Assembly (NCBI RefSeq): GCF_902652985.1
Contig: NC_047015.1
Span: 39,618,001 to 39,682,000 of the forward strand
DNA from: Pecten maximus
Lineage: Eukaryota
DNA: 64,000 nucleotides
Direction of reading: 5' to 3'
Shown here in pieces: positions 14,300-27,300 of the stretch. Position 1 is the first letter of the stretch. Each line of letters begins with the position of its first letter. Position numbers and translations under genes: made by a program. The notes beneath the pieces were generated by a model that ran no database searches, was not told the DNA's origin, and was given only the letters and a program-made list of their open reading frames with translations.

Positions 14300-14468
14300 T
14301 ATCTCGTTATTACGAGCTAGGCATACTTTATCCGTTATCATGAGTTACGCTCTCTCGTTATCACGAGTTTAGTTATCTCATTTTCACGAGTTATGCTGTC
14401 TCATTATTACGACTTACGCTATCTTCAGTTATCTCGAGATTACAAATTAAGTCATCTCGTTATCTCGC
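14300..14468. repeat. Degenerate ~22-bp tandem repeat (tctcgttatcacgagtt) abutting the CE1 stop codon
   Basis: About 7 imperfect, partly palindromic units. Confidence 0.65.
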
Positions 14469-16753
14469 TTACTGAAGCCATTTCATAATTACACCAGTAA
14501 GACCAAATGTGATGGCATACAATGGTAGGATCGTGAACACAGTCGTCGCTCGTGACAATGCATTGTCAATAATAATCATATTTTGTACGATATCCTTCCA
14601 GAAGCGAATACGTTTGTCGAACATCTTTGTTCTGTTCGTACACGGCGCGTCTAGATCCATGTAAGCACCAGCCATAGGAGTGTAGGAAGGCCATATTACC
14701 TCCGGCGTCCGCCCGACATTAGGATCGCTGTAACGCGAAACAAAATAATGTTATCAGCTAGGACGTTATGGAATGAATTAGAATATACCATGTATAATTT
14801 AAACAGTGTAACTAAATGACCCAAACTAAGTGTAAATATTACCGCTTTCATATTTGCCAAAACTTCAATCTTTACTGGTCAACAATACCAGCAAATTAAA
14901 ATTAATTAAGTGTTTGGATATTTTCGTAAAAGATTCAATTAAATGCATAATATCAAATATCTCAACCAGTTAACTGGTACCCCGAATCGACTTGCCGTTT
15001 CAATTTGTATACCTCAATATGCATAGATTTTAGCTGATCTTTAATTTTGACCAAGAAAGGTTTGGGTGCATACCGACAACTTAACCCGTATAGGATACAT
15101 TATGCTGCAGGCTGTTTAAGTTGTTAACATTAATGCTAGTATACTAGGTCACATTTTCCAAACTATAAAAAAATAAATAAATAAATAATATATATTTTTT
15201 TTAATCCGACAAACTTGTCACATTCGGTATTCCAACTTACCCGCTCCTTGCAAAGTTAGTCCAATAATTGAGCATCTGTATTGATAAAACTACGTCTTCC
15301 TGTTGTACACCGGGCCTGTCCTGGGCTCCAAATAGGTATGGAATTTCGGAATAATGCCCTGGGCCTTCAAGCCAGGAAGGATAGGGCTCACCAACACCCC
15401 ATCCGGCATTTCTGGTCAGTAAGAACTGAAATGTTTTCGACTGTGTGTTTCCCTGTGCATGGACATTCAGAGTGTCTATGGAAGGGACAAAAAAGAAATA
15501 GTCCCCATACATTTCTACTGCCTTATTGCCCTGCTTTCCCCATATTTGTTGTGTTCCCGCCTTCCACGCTATACATAGTGCAAACAGCAGAAGAGACGTC
15601 AGTGTTATTTCCAATCCAGTCACCCGACTATTCCGGGGATGATCAGACCACACAGAATTCGAGAGGGAATTCCAAGCGTTAGATTGTAGTTATAGAAACT
15701 TTGCAATCCTATCAGATTTTGATCTAATATTAACGATCCCTCAGACTGTACGTTTCCTACAACAAAATTTATAGACCGGAAGAATTTATAAGCCGGCGAA
15801 GACTTGTTGCTGAGCAGATTGGATGGTGTATCTGTTAAAAAGAAGCCGTCTACAACAGGGGCCAGAAGCAAAATATAATGCGTCTTATTGTCGCTTGAAA
15901 TGCTAGTATGAAGCGCATTTTGAATTTCCTCGGCGGGTTTTGCCCTTAAACAATTAACAAGTTCATCAGAAGTTGAAGATGTGCACCCAACAGAAGCCCC
16001 TATGTTTCTTGCGGTCTGTTTAGCTAAAGGCGAGGTGGCTAGGACAGAATTTGCCACACCGCTGTGTGCCATGGCCTGGTGGAATATCTGTTTGTTTGGG
16101 GGGTATAGACACTGTAGGGCGACACTGAACCCCCCGGCTGATTCTCCAAATATGGTAATGCGATTAGGATCACCTCCAAACTTGTCAATATGAAGTTTAA
16201 CCCACCAGAGAGCTTTCTGTTGGTCCCAGAGTCCGTAGTTTCCGGATGACGCATTGTCTTGAGTGCTCATGAATCCCATGAAGCCAAGTCGGTAATTCAA
16301 GTTCACCACGATGACGTCACCAGAAATAGCAAGATACGATCCGTCGTAAAGTTGGCCACTTCCCGATATATACGCACCGCCATGTATAAACACCATTACA
16401 GGCTTAGTATCAGATTCTGACGTGTTGACTGGGACATATACGTTTAGAAAAAGACAGTCTTCGGACATGCTTACATTTCTGTTGGTGTTTTGCATGCATA
16501 TTGGTCCAAACTGTGTAGCGTCACGTATACCACTCCATAGCTGTGTATTCATTGGTATCCTGAACCGTAGGTGTCCTATCGGGGGTTCGGCGTATGGAAT
16601 TTTTCGGTACTGATATACGGAACTGTTGAAGGCCGGGACGTTGACCATTATGCCGCGCAACCCAGTATCAGTAGTAAGGTTCACCACCTTTGTATCATTC
16701 TGGCAGAAACACGGCGCAAACAAGGACACGAGGATAAGAAACGTCACAGACAT
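14469..16753 (-). CDS. Type-B carboxylesterase CE1 (~589 aa if repaired), signal peptide and GPI-like tail; two +1 frameshifts in this sequence. Exons 16753-15241, 14727-14469
   Basis: Motifs IPYAEPP, SEDCLFLNVY, HGGAY, NYRLG, GNYGLWDQ, FGESAG (Ser), GNVQSEG (Glu), GHYSEIPYLFG (His). Acceptor tttcacag at 16771, signal MSVTFLILVSLFAPCFC, donor GG|GTAAGT at 15240, acceptor gttacag at 14728 giving GDPNVGRTPEVIWPSY...RIRFW...TILPLYAITFGLTGVIMKWLQ*. Confidence 0.85.
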
Positions 16754-16998
16754 AGTTTGGGGTTGTGTACCTGTGAAAGGAAAATAAGAGTTTGGGCAAA
16801 ATAATACTATTAGTATTACTAAAATAATGCTACCAACGCACATGTGTAGACGTACACAGTGTAATGGCTGAGTATAGAGATCGTTATTATACAATGTCAT
16901 ATTTCTATTCATGATGTACGTTGCATACTCTTTGTAAAGGGAATAATGTATGGCCGTATATTAATAGTTCAAAGGTTTACGTCCATTAATTGTGTCTG

Positions 16999-17710
16999 AG
17001 TATATGTGATCGTAGCCCCTGGGATATTAGTGTATGTGATCGTAACCCCTGGGGTATTAGTATATGCTATCGTTACCCCTGGGGTATTAGTATATGCTAT
17101 CGTTACCCCTGGGGTATTAGTATATGCTATCGTTACCCCTGGGGTATTAGTATATGTGATCGTAACCCCTGGGGTATTAGTGTATGTGATCGTAACCCCT
17201 GGGATATTAGTGTATGTGATCGTAACCCCTGGGGTATTAGTGTATGTGATCGTAACCCCTGGGGTATTAGTGTATGTGATCGTAACCCCTGGGGTATTAG
17301 TGTATGTGATCGTAACCCCTGGGGTATTAGTGTATGTGATCGTTACCCCTGGGGTATTAGTGTATGCTATCGTAACCCCTGGGGTATTAGTGTATGTGAT
17401 CGTAACCCCTGGGGTATTAGTATATGCTATCGTAACCCCTGGGGTATTAGTGTATGTGATCGTAACCCCTGGGGTATTAGTATATGCTATCGTAACCCCT
17501 GGGGTATTAGTATATGCTATCGTAACCCCTGGGGTATTAGTATATGTGATCGTAACCCCTGGGGTATTAGTATATGTGATCGTAACCCCTGGGGTATTAG
17601 TGTATGTGATCGTAACCCCTGGGGTATTAGTATATGCTATCGTTACCCCTGGGGTATTAGTGTATGTGATCGTAACCCCTGGGGTATTAATGTATGTGAT
17701 CTTAACCTAT
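16999..17710. repeat. 30-bp minisatellite (gatcgtaacccctggggtattagtgtatgt), ~24 copies
   Basis: Near-perfect tandem units with an internal acccc-t-ggggt palindrome; lies just upstream of the CE1 coding-exon acceptor. Confidence 0.95.
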
Positions 17711-18619
17711 GTATTATTATGGTTGAAACCTTGAATACTAATGAAGTAAAGAACTAATCAGCCATTTATACTCATTTAAGCTCGAAAACACTCAATCTTG
17801 TTAATCTTACATTACAGATTGGGAATGAAAGGGATGAACTTATTATTGTAATATTGTTTTAATTCGACTTCGTGTTGCTTTTCATAATACTTAGAGGATC
17901 TCAATTCCTTGTCTACCGATTTCCGATTCAGTTACAATGGTAGGTGCCTTCCACATGTCGTATGCTTAAGGACAATTTAAAGATACAGATCGGTCTGACA
18001 TATTTACACAGAGGAATTCTGTGAATTTCTACTGATAAGTTATCTGTTTTCTTGCATAACATACAGGTGACTTTAACCTACCCATTTGTCTTTGTCTTAT
18101 CTGACAGCAAACGACGAAGCTCAAAAATAAACAAATAAATAGATTGCCGCTCCCCCTCTCTAACTGAACACTGGATACAAATATAGAAATACTCAGCTGT
18201 TTTATCAGTTACAGAAATATGTAGTTTTGTTACTAATCTGATTGTAGTGTTAACATGTTATATTGATAATCCAATGACCCAACAAATAATCTATTTAAAT
18301 GCTGGGTAATTGAATATCCGAGATAAAACTATTTACAACCCAAGGTAAATCACAAGCTTTTTAAGTAATCTATCATCGGAGAACATCTTGTCATGATCTT
18401 AATGTGGCTTTTTGTGTGATCTGAAATTTAAAAAATCATATTTTAATGTTGAAAATCGATGTAAACAATAGTATAATCATGGCTGTACTTACAAACCGCC
18501 CACCTGTGCTTCATTGTTGACCCGGCACTGATAGGATAGCTGTTGGTGGATAGAGCGAGTGAACTTACTGACACAGTCTATAGATAAAATGATATCTATC
18601 GGACGGGTACATTTAAGTT

Positions 18620-19066
18620 GGACACACTGTTGTTTGTGTAACATGTATTTATAGATTGACGAAGGACACACTGTTGTTTGTGTAACAAGTATCTATACAT
18701 TGACGTAGGACACACTGTTGTTTGTGTATTCAGTATCTAAACATTGACGTAGGACACACTGTTGTTTGTGTAATCAGTATCTATACATTGACGTAGGACA
18801 TACTGTTGTTTGTGTAATCAGTATCTATACATTGACGTAGGACACACTGTTGTTTGTGTAATGAGTATCTAAACATTGAAGTAGGATACACTGTTGGTTA
18901 TTTAACACATATTTATACACTGACGTAGGACACACTGTTGTTTGTGTAATGAGTATCGATACATTGACGTAGGACATACTGTTGTTCGTGTAACAAGTAT
19001 CTATACATTTACGTAGGACATACTGTTGTTCGTGTAACAAGTATAAGAATATATACATTGACGTAG
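18620..19066. repeat. 44-bp minisatellite (ggacacactgttgtttgtgtaatcagtatctatacattgacgta), ~10 copies
   Basis: Tandem units seen directly. Confidence 0.9.
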
Positions 19067-20464
19067 TTTTTGCAATGGTATTTGTTCGTTGACGTAGGAC
19101 AATATCGTTGATGGGACTACAAATGTTTACTCCGGAGAGTATTCGAACTAGTGACGGCGTATCGATTTACATAGAATAGTATTATGCTTGTTTTTCTCGT
19201 TGAAAATGTTTAAACAAAAATGCTCATATTCTGTTTGGGACAATGATGGTCTTGCTACATCGGGATATAGAACGAACTACTGTGATCTCCATAACAGCCA
19301 TATCAGTAGCATTTCCCCTGTTTATAAGAAGTGCTGTAATATTTTGTTTGCATTAATAAGGTTGGGTTTCACAATGCAACTTGTGCCTGCTTTTAAACCA
19401 ACGAGTGTTTTTATCGTATTGAACAATACTGGTAACATTGCCAAAACAGTGGTCCAACCTTAAAGTGACATGTGTTACACATATAAACACATACGATAAT
19501 TCACAATTACGAATAATAAAGATGTGGCATACATCAAAATTAATATCTTACTGTACATGAAACGAACCATGAGCATAGGCGATGTAAGCGAGAGCCCCTC
19601 AGGATGTTTGACTGATATTTCCATAGTCAGAAAGCAGTTTGGTTTTGGATAGAAATCCAAGATTTTTTATTTGACCCGTTGTCATTGATTTCTGTTCATT
19701 TAACCTCCTAGTTATTTCTGACCAGCCGTCCGGCCAATGATTTATAATGTCGTAAAAAATTATTTTTTTTCTTCCCTTTTTTAAGTGACCTAGAACTTCG
19801 ATTTCATAACCTTGGTTTTGTCAGCTTTCGTCTCAATCTCGTTTACCAGTGACGCAAAAATGGGCATTTCTTTTACTCAAAAATCTTGAAATGCTGTCAC
19901 GGGATTCAAGTTGCTTCCTACCAAGCTACAATATGTGTTTCATCATGCCATACCAAACTGTTCACGACGTCATGTTTGACATTGGCTAGTTGATATCTAA
20001 GTCTTGTTTAGATAATGCCTTGGTGTTTCCAGTAAGTGCATACCAATTTTGACCTTTGGTATGATGACGTCTTGCTTTCAGCTTTATTTCCTAATTTCCT
20101 TTTGAAATGGTGACTTGTGTTAATTCAACGACTTTCCCTCATGATGTCTTAACAACACTTTTTGAAATAAAGGAAAGACAAACAAAATGAAAGATAAACC
20201 AACGAACGGGCAGACAGTTTAACGGACACCTTGATTACTATAGGATTTCCAAATGATCACTTAATTAAAATGCACTGAAACATTCAAAACAAAACAAATA
20301 TAGGATGATGGAAAGAGACACGTAATACGTTGCATTATCTGTAATCTTCAAGACCGCGTCACATGTCAACACCATACGTCAAAATCACAGATCAACGTGA
20401 CAAGCCCACATGACAGGTATACGTCACAAGTCCACACCACATAAGTATCTATGTCACAGAACAT

Positions 20465-21700
20465 AAGAAACCATACTCTGTAATATGACATCAGATACCA
20501 TACTCTATAATCTAAACATCAGATACCATATACTCTATAATCTAAACATCAGATACCATATACTCTATAATCTAAACATCAGATACCATATTCTATAATC
20601 TAAACATCAGATACCATACTCTATAATCTAAACATCAGATACCATATACTCTATAATCTAAACATCAGATACCATATACTCTATAATCTAAACATAAGAT
20701 ACCATACTCTATAATCTAAACATCAGATACCATACTCTATAATCTAAACATCAGATACCATACTCTGTAATCTAAACATCAGATACCATATACTCTATAA
20801 TCTAAACATAAGATACCATACTCTATAATCTAAACATCAGATACCATACTCTATAATCTAAACATCAAATACCATATACTCTATAATCTAAACATCAGAT
20901 ACCATATACTCTATAATCTAAACATCAGATACCATACTCTATAATCTAAACATCAGATACCATACTCTATAATCTAAACATCAGATACCATACTCTATAA
21001 TCTAAACATCAGATACCATACTCTATAATCTAAACATCATATACCATATACTCTATAATCTAAACATCATATACCATATACTCTATAATCTAAACATCAG
21101 ATACCATACTCTATAATCTAAACATCATATACCATATACTCTATAATCTAAACATCAGATACCATACTCTATAATCTAAACATCATATACCATATACTCT
21201 ATAATCTAAACATCATATACCATATACTCTATAATCTAAACATCAGATACCATACTCTGTAATCTAAACATCATATACCATATACTCTATAATCTAAACA
21301 TCAGATACCATACTCTATAATCTAAACATCAGATACCATACTCTATAATCTGAACATCAGATGCCATATACTCTATAATCTAAACATCAGATACCATATA
21401 CTCTATAATCTAAACATCAGATACCATATACTCTATAATCTGAACATCAGATACCATATACTCTATAATCTAAACATCAGATACCATAATCTATAATCTA
21501 AACATCAGATACCATATACTCTATAATCTAAACATAAGATACCATACTCTGTAATCTGAACATCAGATACCATACTCTATAATCTAAACATCAGATACCA
21601 TACTCTATAATCTAAACATCAGATACCATATTCTATAATCTGAACATCAGATACCATATGCTCTATAATCTGAACATAAGATGCCATACTCTATAAATCA
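20465..21700. repeat. 28/30-bp minisatellite (catcagataccata[ta]ctctataatctaaa), ~40 copies
   Basis: Tandem units differing by a TA dinucleotide. Confidence 0.95.
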
Positions 21701-22114
21701 ACGTCACTAATCTACGTCACAGAATTACATCACAAACTACATCTCAGATCTACGTCACAAGTCAACATCAAACATTTATTTTACAGATCTACGTCACAAG
21801 TCAACACCACAGTTTTTTGTCATAGGTCAACATCTATAAGACACGTTAAAGGTCTACATCACAGATTTGCGTCAAAAACACAAGTCGCAAATTAACTATT
21901 GGTTAGTTCATTCACAAGTAACGCGTGTATTTAATTCATTATTATCTTTAATCCAGGTGAATATGGGATCTGTGATGAATAATAATTTTTAGGGAACTTC
22001 ATTTTGTAACAGATAATACTTATGAATGTATAAGAGACAGGCAAGCTTGAGCACATAAGAACAGCTTTGGACGACACAGGAAACAAACAGGCATTGGCGT
22101 GTACATAGTTGATG

Positions 22115-24317
22115 TTACGCTTTTGGCAACACGGACGCCCAGAAACCCACTCTATCTTTGTACATTGCCTCCTCTGTACTTATCGTCGCATTAAGGCTTA
22201 TATAACGGCGATCTTGGACATTGTACTCCGGCCACTGCATCTTCACTGCTAACCCTTTGTTTGGGTTCCTGAAACCGTGAAAAAGTAAAATACCGTTAAT
22301 TCACTCAATCAAACAAAGATGCTACATTATTAGTGTATACAGGACTATTAAACTTTAAAACACAACTGAGACAACACCAAGGCCATTCATTGGAAAATAA
22401 ACAGAACTTATGAGAAATATGCCATCTGCAAGAGGACAGCTCAAATCTCGGGCACAATTAGACATAAGGGAACGCGTAGAAGCTCGGTTCATTAAGCAAA
22501 TTGAGGCTTTCGATTCTAAACTATTGAGTTTTGTTATCCGACAATTCTAAACTCGATAACTACAACATCGTAAGAAAACCATGGTAGCATGAATACATGA
22601 AAAGTTGTTGGTAGGCAATTCAGCACATCCTCAGCATGTTGGTTTTGATCAAAATCTTAACTAGATGTTTCTTGGCAGTCTTAAAATGTACTACACTTAC
22701 TTCTCAAACATTACATGATCGATTTTATATCGAATTTACATTAATCGTAACTAGCAGTACTTACCCTGTTCTTGCGAAGTTGGACCAGTAGGACATCATC
22801 TGTTCCGCTAGAGTTTTGTCTTGGGGTCCACAGTCGGGCCATCGCTCAATTCCGAACAGGAAGGCGATCTCCCCTGCGTGTCCCGCTCCAGTAAACCACT
22901 TTGGATACGGATAACCGAATCCGAACCTGCTCATTCTTGACAAAAGCCATTGGTAGGTACGCCCTGCGCCACCTACATGTGCGTTCAATGTCAATATTCC
23001 AGGTGTGAAAAAGAAGATGTCGCTATAAATGTCAACGGCAAGACGACTCTGTTCGATACCGTCTCCACTTGGAGATTTATATCGGGAGCAGGCAGCATCC
23101 TTCAGTGTACGGTTGTTATGGAAGAACTCCTTCACCATCGTTTCGATAACGTCATCGCATAATATCCTATACGGGATTCCCTCTGACAGGTTAAAATGGT
23201 TCGGCTTTTGAAAAGAATAAAGTGGCTCTTGGAAAATTAGAGATCCTTCTGAATTAACGTCACCGTCTACGAAATCAATTGAACGGAATAACTGCATCCC
23301 GGGACTGGAAGGATCGTTCAAGACTTTTGCAGGATTATCCGTGATAAATTCACCATCAACAACAGGTGCAAGTGGCAATGCGTAATGAAGGTTGTGTTTA
23401 TCACTAAAGGTAATGTTAGCGATTTTGACAGACGCATCAAGTAGTTCTTCGGAGCTTTTTGTTCTCATGCATTTTAAAAACTTAACACTGTTTTCAACAT
23501 CCAGACACTTCAGAAAAATGCCCGTCCCAATTTGTGATAGTTTCGCAAAAGAGGTCTCTGTCACGGCGAAAAATGAGTTAGCTGTGCCACTATGAGACAT
23601 TGCCCTCTTGAACAAGCCCTTGTTGACAGGAGATATAGAATGGATACCGACACTAAAGCCGCCTGCCGATTCCCCAAAAATTGTTATGAGATCAGGATCA
23701 CCACCAAATGCCTGAATATTGTTCTTGGTCCATTGGATGGCTAGTCTTTGATCCCACAGACCGAAGTTCCCCGGGCAGTGAACGTCTGCCGTCGTGAGGA
23801 AGCCCCATATACCAAGTCGGTAATTGATAGTGACAATTATCTGGTCGCCGTGAATGGAAAGGTAGGAACCGTCGTAGAACATGCCCGTGCCTTCCACATA
23901 ACTTCCTCCGTGGATGTACAGCATAACTGGTTTTTTGCTACTCTCTGTTGTATTTGGAGGCATGTAAACATTCAGCACTAAACAGTCTTCAGATAATATT
24001 TTGTTTGGTAATAACGGGTCGTCCGGATTGATGATAGTCTGCATGCAGTTCGGTCCAAAATAGGTGGCGTTAAGAGTGTCTGTCCATGGTGCCATCGGTT
24101 GGGGCTTTGCGAACCGCAGATCACCAACAGGAGGTTTGGCGTATGGAATCCGCCGGAACTGGTAAACAAAGCTACCTAAGGCTGGTGTGTCGACTTTCAG
24201 ACCCATCATTTTTCCAGATGGTGTCACTATAGTCTTTGTCTCCATACATCTGCTTACCGTTGAGGTGATTGCAAGTACACATATCACCTGCAGAAGCCAC
24301 TTTGAAGCAGTCATCAT
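22115..24317 (-). CDS. Type-B carboxylesterase CE2 (568 aa), signal peptide, probably secreted. Exons 24317-22765, 22268-22115
   Basis: Motifs IPYAKPP, SEDCLVLNVY, HGGSY, FGESAG, GDVNSEG, GHAGEIAFLFG. Acceptor ccttcag at 24329; donor GG|GTAAGT at 22764; acceptor gtttcag at 22269 giving GNPNKGLAVKMQWPEY...MYKDRVGFWASVLPKA*. Confidence 0.92.
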
Positions 24318-27300
24318 GAGGTCTTCTCCTGAAGGTAAACAAAGGTTTTAGTAATTTCAATGAGTTTATTTTCTGTTGACCGAGAACGTTTAATTATCTT
24401 AAAAGTTTAAGATCTCCAACAAGGGAGACTAAACAAACACATCATATTTGACGAACATGAAAACGTTGATTTGAGAGGCGTCATTTACTAGATAGTCTCG
24501 TGATCAGCCTTTTTTTACTCCCTTTTAATATCCAATACCTTGTAGTAAACTGAATTATGAAGTTCTGGCATTGCGCAAATGAGACCATCTTTTTGATGAC
24601 TAAAAACTTTTAAGGGTAACTAACTAAATACATTATATTTAAAGCCATTTGATATATAGACAGTATCTTAGGTATGGCATAGCTGTCCTATAATATAACA
24701 CTACTGATAAGTATGCAATTACATAACTATTTGTTTATATCAGACTTATCCGTCGCGTCAAGTTCAGGTACATGTTAACACTTGCTGCCTTTAATAATAT
24801 ATATGTTATCCTCAGTATGTACATTTCTTCGTGATGTTGGTTGAACTTCATATGTCATCCAAAAAAAATCAGCTGTATAACTGCTGGTATTAGATAGTTT
24901 GTCGTCGCCTCCTTTATATTACTGCTTACTTATACTATCATACTACTTAAACCAAATCTGATCAGCTATATGTGGTATGGATATCATTATCAGTGGACAT
25001 AGGTCTTCCTCCATAGTAGCTGTGATAAAATCAATGCTATGTCCACAGCAGTTTATGTCTCATCGTTTGTAAGTATTATCTGCGATGTCAAAATTGACAA
25101 CAAGTGCCTCTATGTACTACCAAATTCCGCCCAAAATAGTTAACCATTTGTCATAAAATACTATAACGACAGGGTTTACACCTAATTTTCTGCCATTAAC
25201 ATCCAAACTTATTTTTGCTACAATTAGTTAATATATTTCGTTTTATGATCGGATATTTTGCTCATAGAAATTATTGTTGTGCTCATTCAGTAGCTGCAAT
25301 CTTCCATTAAAATCATTGACGGGCATGTTTTGTCTTTGTTTATGTACACGTTCTTCAAGTAACCATAATATGCACATTCTGTAACAACATGTGTAGCTAT
25401 ATCTAATAAACAAAAATGCATTGTTCTATAATCAATCTTGGTGTTCTTGCTTGTTGCCCTTCACATCGGTGAAAATTTGCATAACAAAAAAACAATAGAT
25501 ACTCTCTATTTGGTTACTATACGAAGGTATACTGAACACACAATGGTAAGCAACGAGATTTGGACAAGGTTAATCTTTGATCTACAATAGACCTTTGTGG
25601 CGTTCTATAACCACTTATTGTTGTTTTCGTCCTTTTATATTTGATTATTGAATTATGCATATTTTTCATAAAGGGCGATTTAGAAAATTTGCTTGTGTTG
25701 GATATATAACGTTGAATGCTTACAGTATAATTATATATATATATATGTACACCTATACGTGCTATTACTTACCGCAGATATCGTATCCCAGAGATCACCA
25801 ACAATATGCGTTGTCTACATACACAACAAGGGAAGTTAATGTTAGTGATAATACTACATGTGAAATATCAGTGACGACCTAGTTTCCGTATCCTTCATAA
25901 CTATATATGATAGCTTCGTATGATTATTAGTTGATAATAATGTTTTCAGCAATATTTGGCAATTTCATACAATTTCGTGTACATTTCCTAAGTTTGCTTA
26001 TACTTTGTGTTTAGTTTTGTATAGCCTAACCATTTCAGAATATTTATTTTAAGTGATTCAATATCCAAAATGCGAAATTGATTAAGTTATTGGACTTAAG
26101 TATGCTCATCTTGGACTTTCTTTTTTGGTTTTCATATTTTTGGTCCATGGAATTCCTGACGATTCCCAGAAGGACGGATAAGTGTCTGGTAAAATAATTA
26201 CTCAGGTCGTCAGAATAAAGAAATAAACATTAATGTATTTATGATTCATCATAACTCATTATTTAGCATCGAGTCTTCTAGTACTTTAGTCTGCATAATG
26301 GTTATCAAAGTGTGGGTCGTGCATCGTTCCTATTCACAAGGTATGTAAATAAAGTGGATGTTTAAACATTGACGTATTTGCTTTCGGTTTAGAAAAATAA
26401 AAATTGAACCTGAAAAGAATGAATTCCCCTTCTTGTTTTAGTTTGGTGTTATTCTGATTCTCTATTATCATTTTATGCCGATTTCAACATTAGATTTTAC
26501 AAGTTGTGATTGTCTTCTAGCTTCCTTTATACGCATAGACAGTGTTGGGATGTAAGTAGACCGTTATCCCAATGTTATCACTTAAACCTCTTTTACAATA
26601 AGAGCTGCTCTTACATACGTTTTATCTACCAACACACACATATCTTATCCAATAAATCTGTATACATCAGCTCATATCCAGCCTCAGTTCCTAACACTGT
26701 AACTACGCCGTCTTATCTAACTTACCCTCTGTAACACATCCATAGAACGTTGCTATGATATTTTCTTGTTCTGTTTGCAATATAGAATTGTTTTGGTATA
26801 TAATACCGAAACTAGTCATTCATTCATGCACATGTGCTTCAATTCAATATCAGGAAATGTGAATTAATATACATATTGTATACCAGCTAAGCATTCCGAC
26901 AGTATGTACGAGACAAGAGACGATACAAATGCATATATATAGAGAGTAAGTAATTAATAATTAATACAATCAAAATATCGTAAAGATAAAAGATTTTTTG
27001 TCCGTCGTGCTGATAAATCAAACTATCCAAGCATTTATGCTTTATAATATCGCACATAGAAATATCATGACTTAAGTAAATAAACGGTAAATAGCATTCC
27101 CTATTACTGTCAGTGAAATACAGAAAGAGGCGGAGGTAAAGTACTTAAGTATGATTCCTTTCATGTCCCCCAGGGGGCAAGTGATTGAGCGGAGAGGCAC
27201 GCGCACACGCGGTCACGTGGATCAACCGAGGCTCGATATTATCGTCAGCTCACTCTCGATCAATCACCAGGCGGCGTGCTGATCGAAAATACAAATGTCC

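Noticed and set aside
16754-16912. N-terminal extension of the CE1 ORF (MNRNMTL...)
   Set aside because: Crosses a strong acceptor at 16771; the signal peptide starts at Met 16753.
16999-17710. Palindromic 30-bp repeats resembling a CRISPR array
   Set aside because: Units are head-to-tail with no unique spacers, there are no cas genes, and the context is eukaryotic.
16990-17757. 255-aa and 242-aa repetitive ORFs (CDRNPWGISV / VIVTPGVLVY)
   Set aside because: A 30-bp unit keeps frames open by chance; antisense within the CE1 upstream intron, with non-ATG starts.
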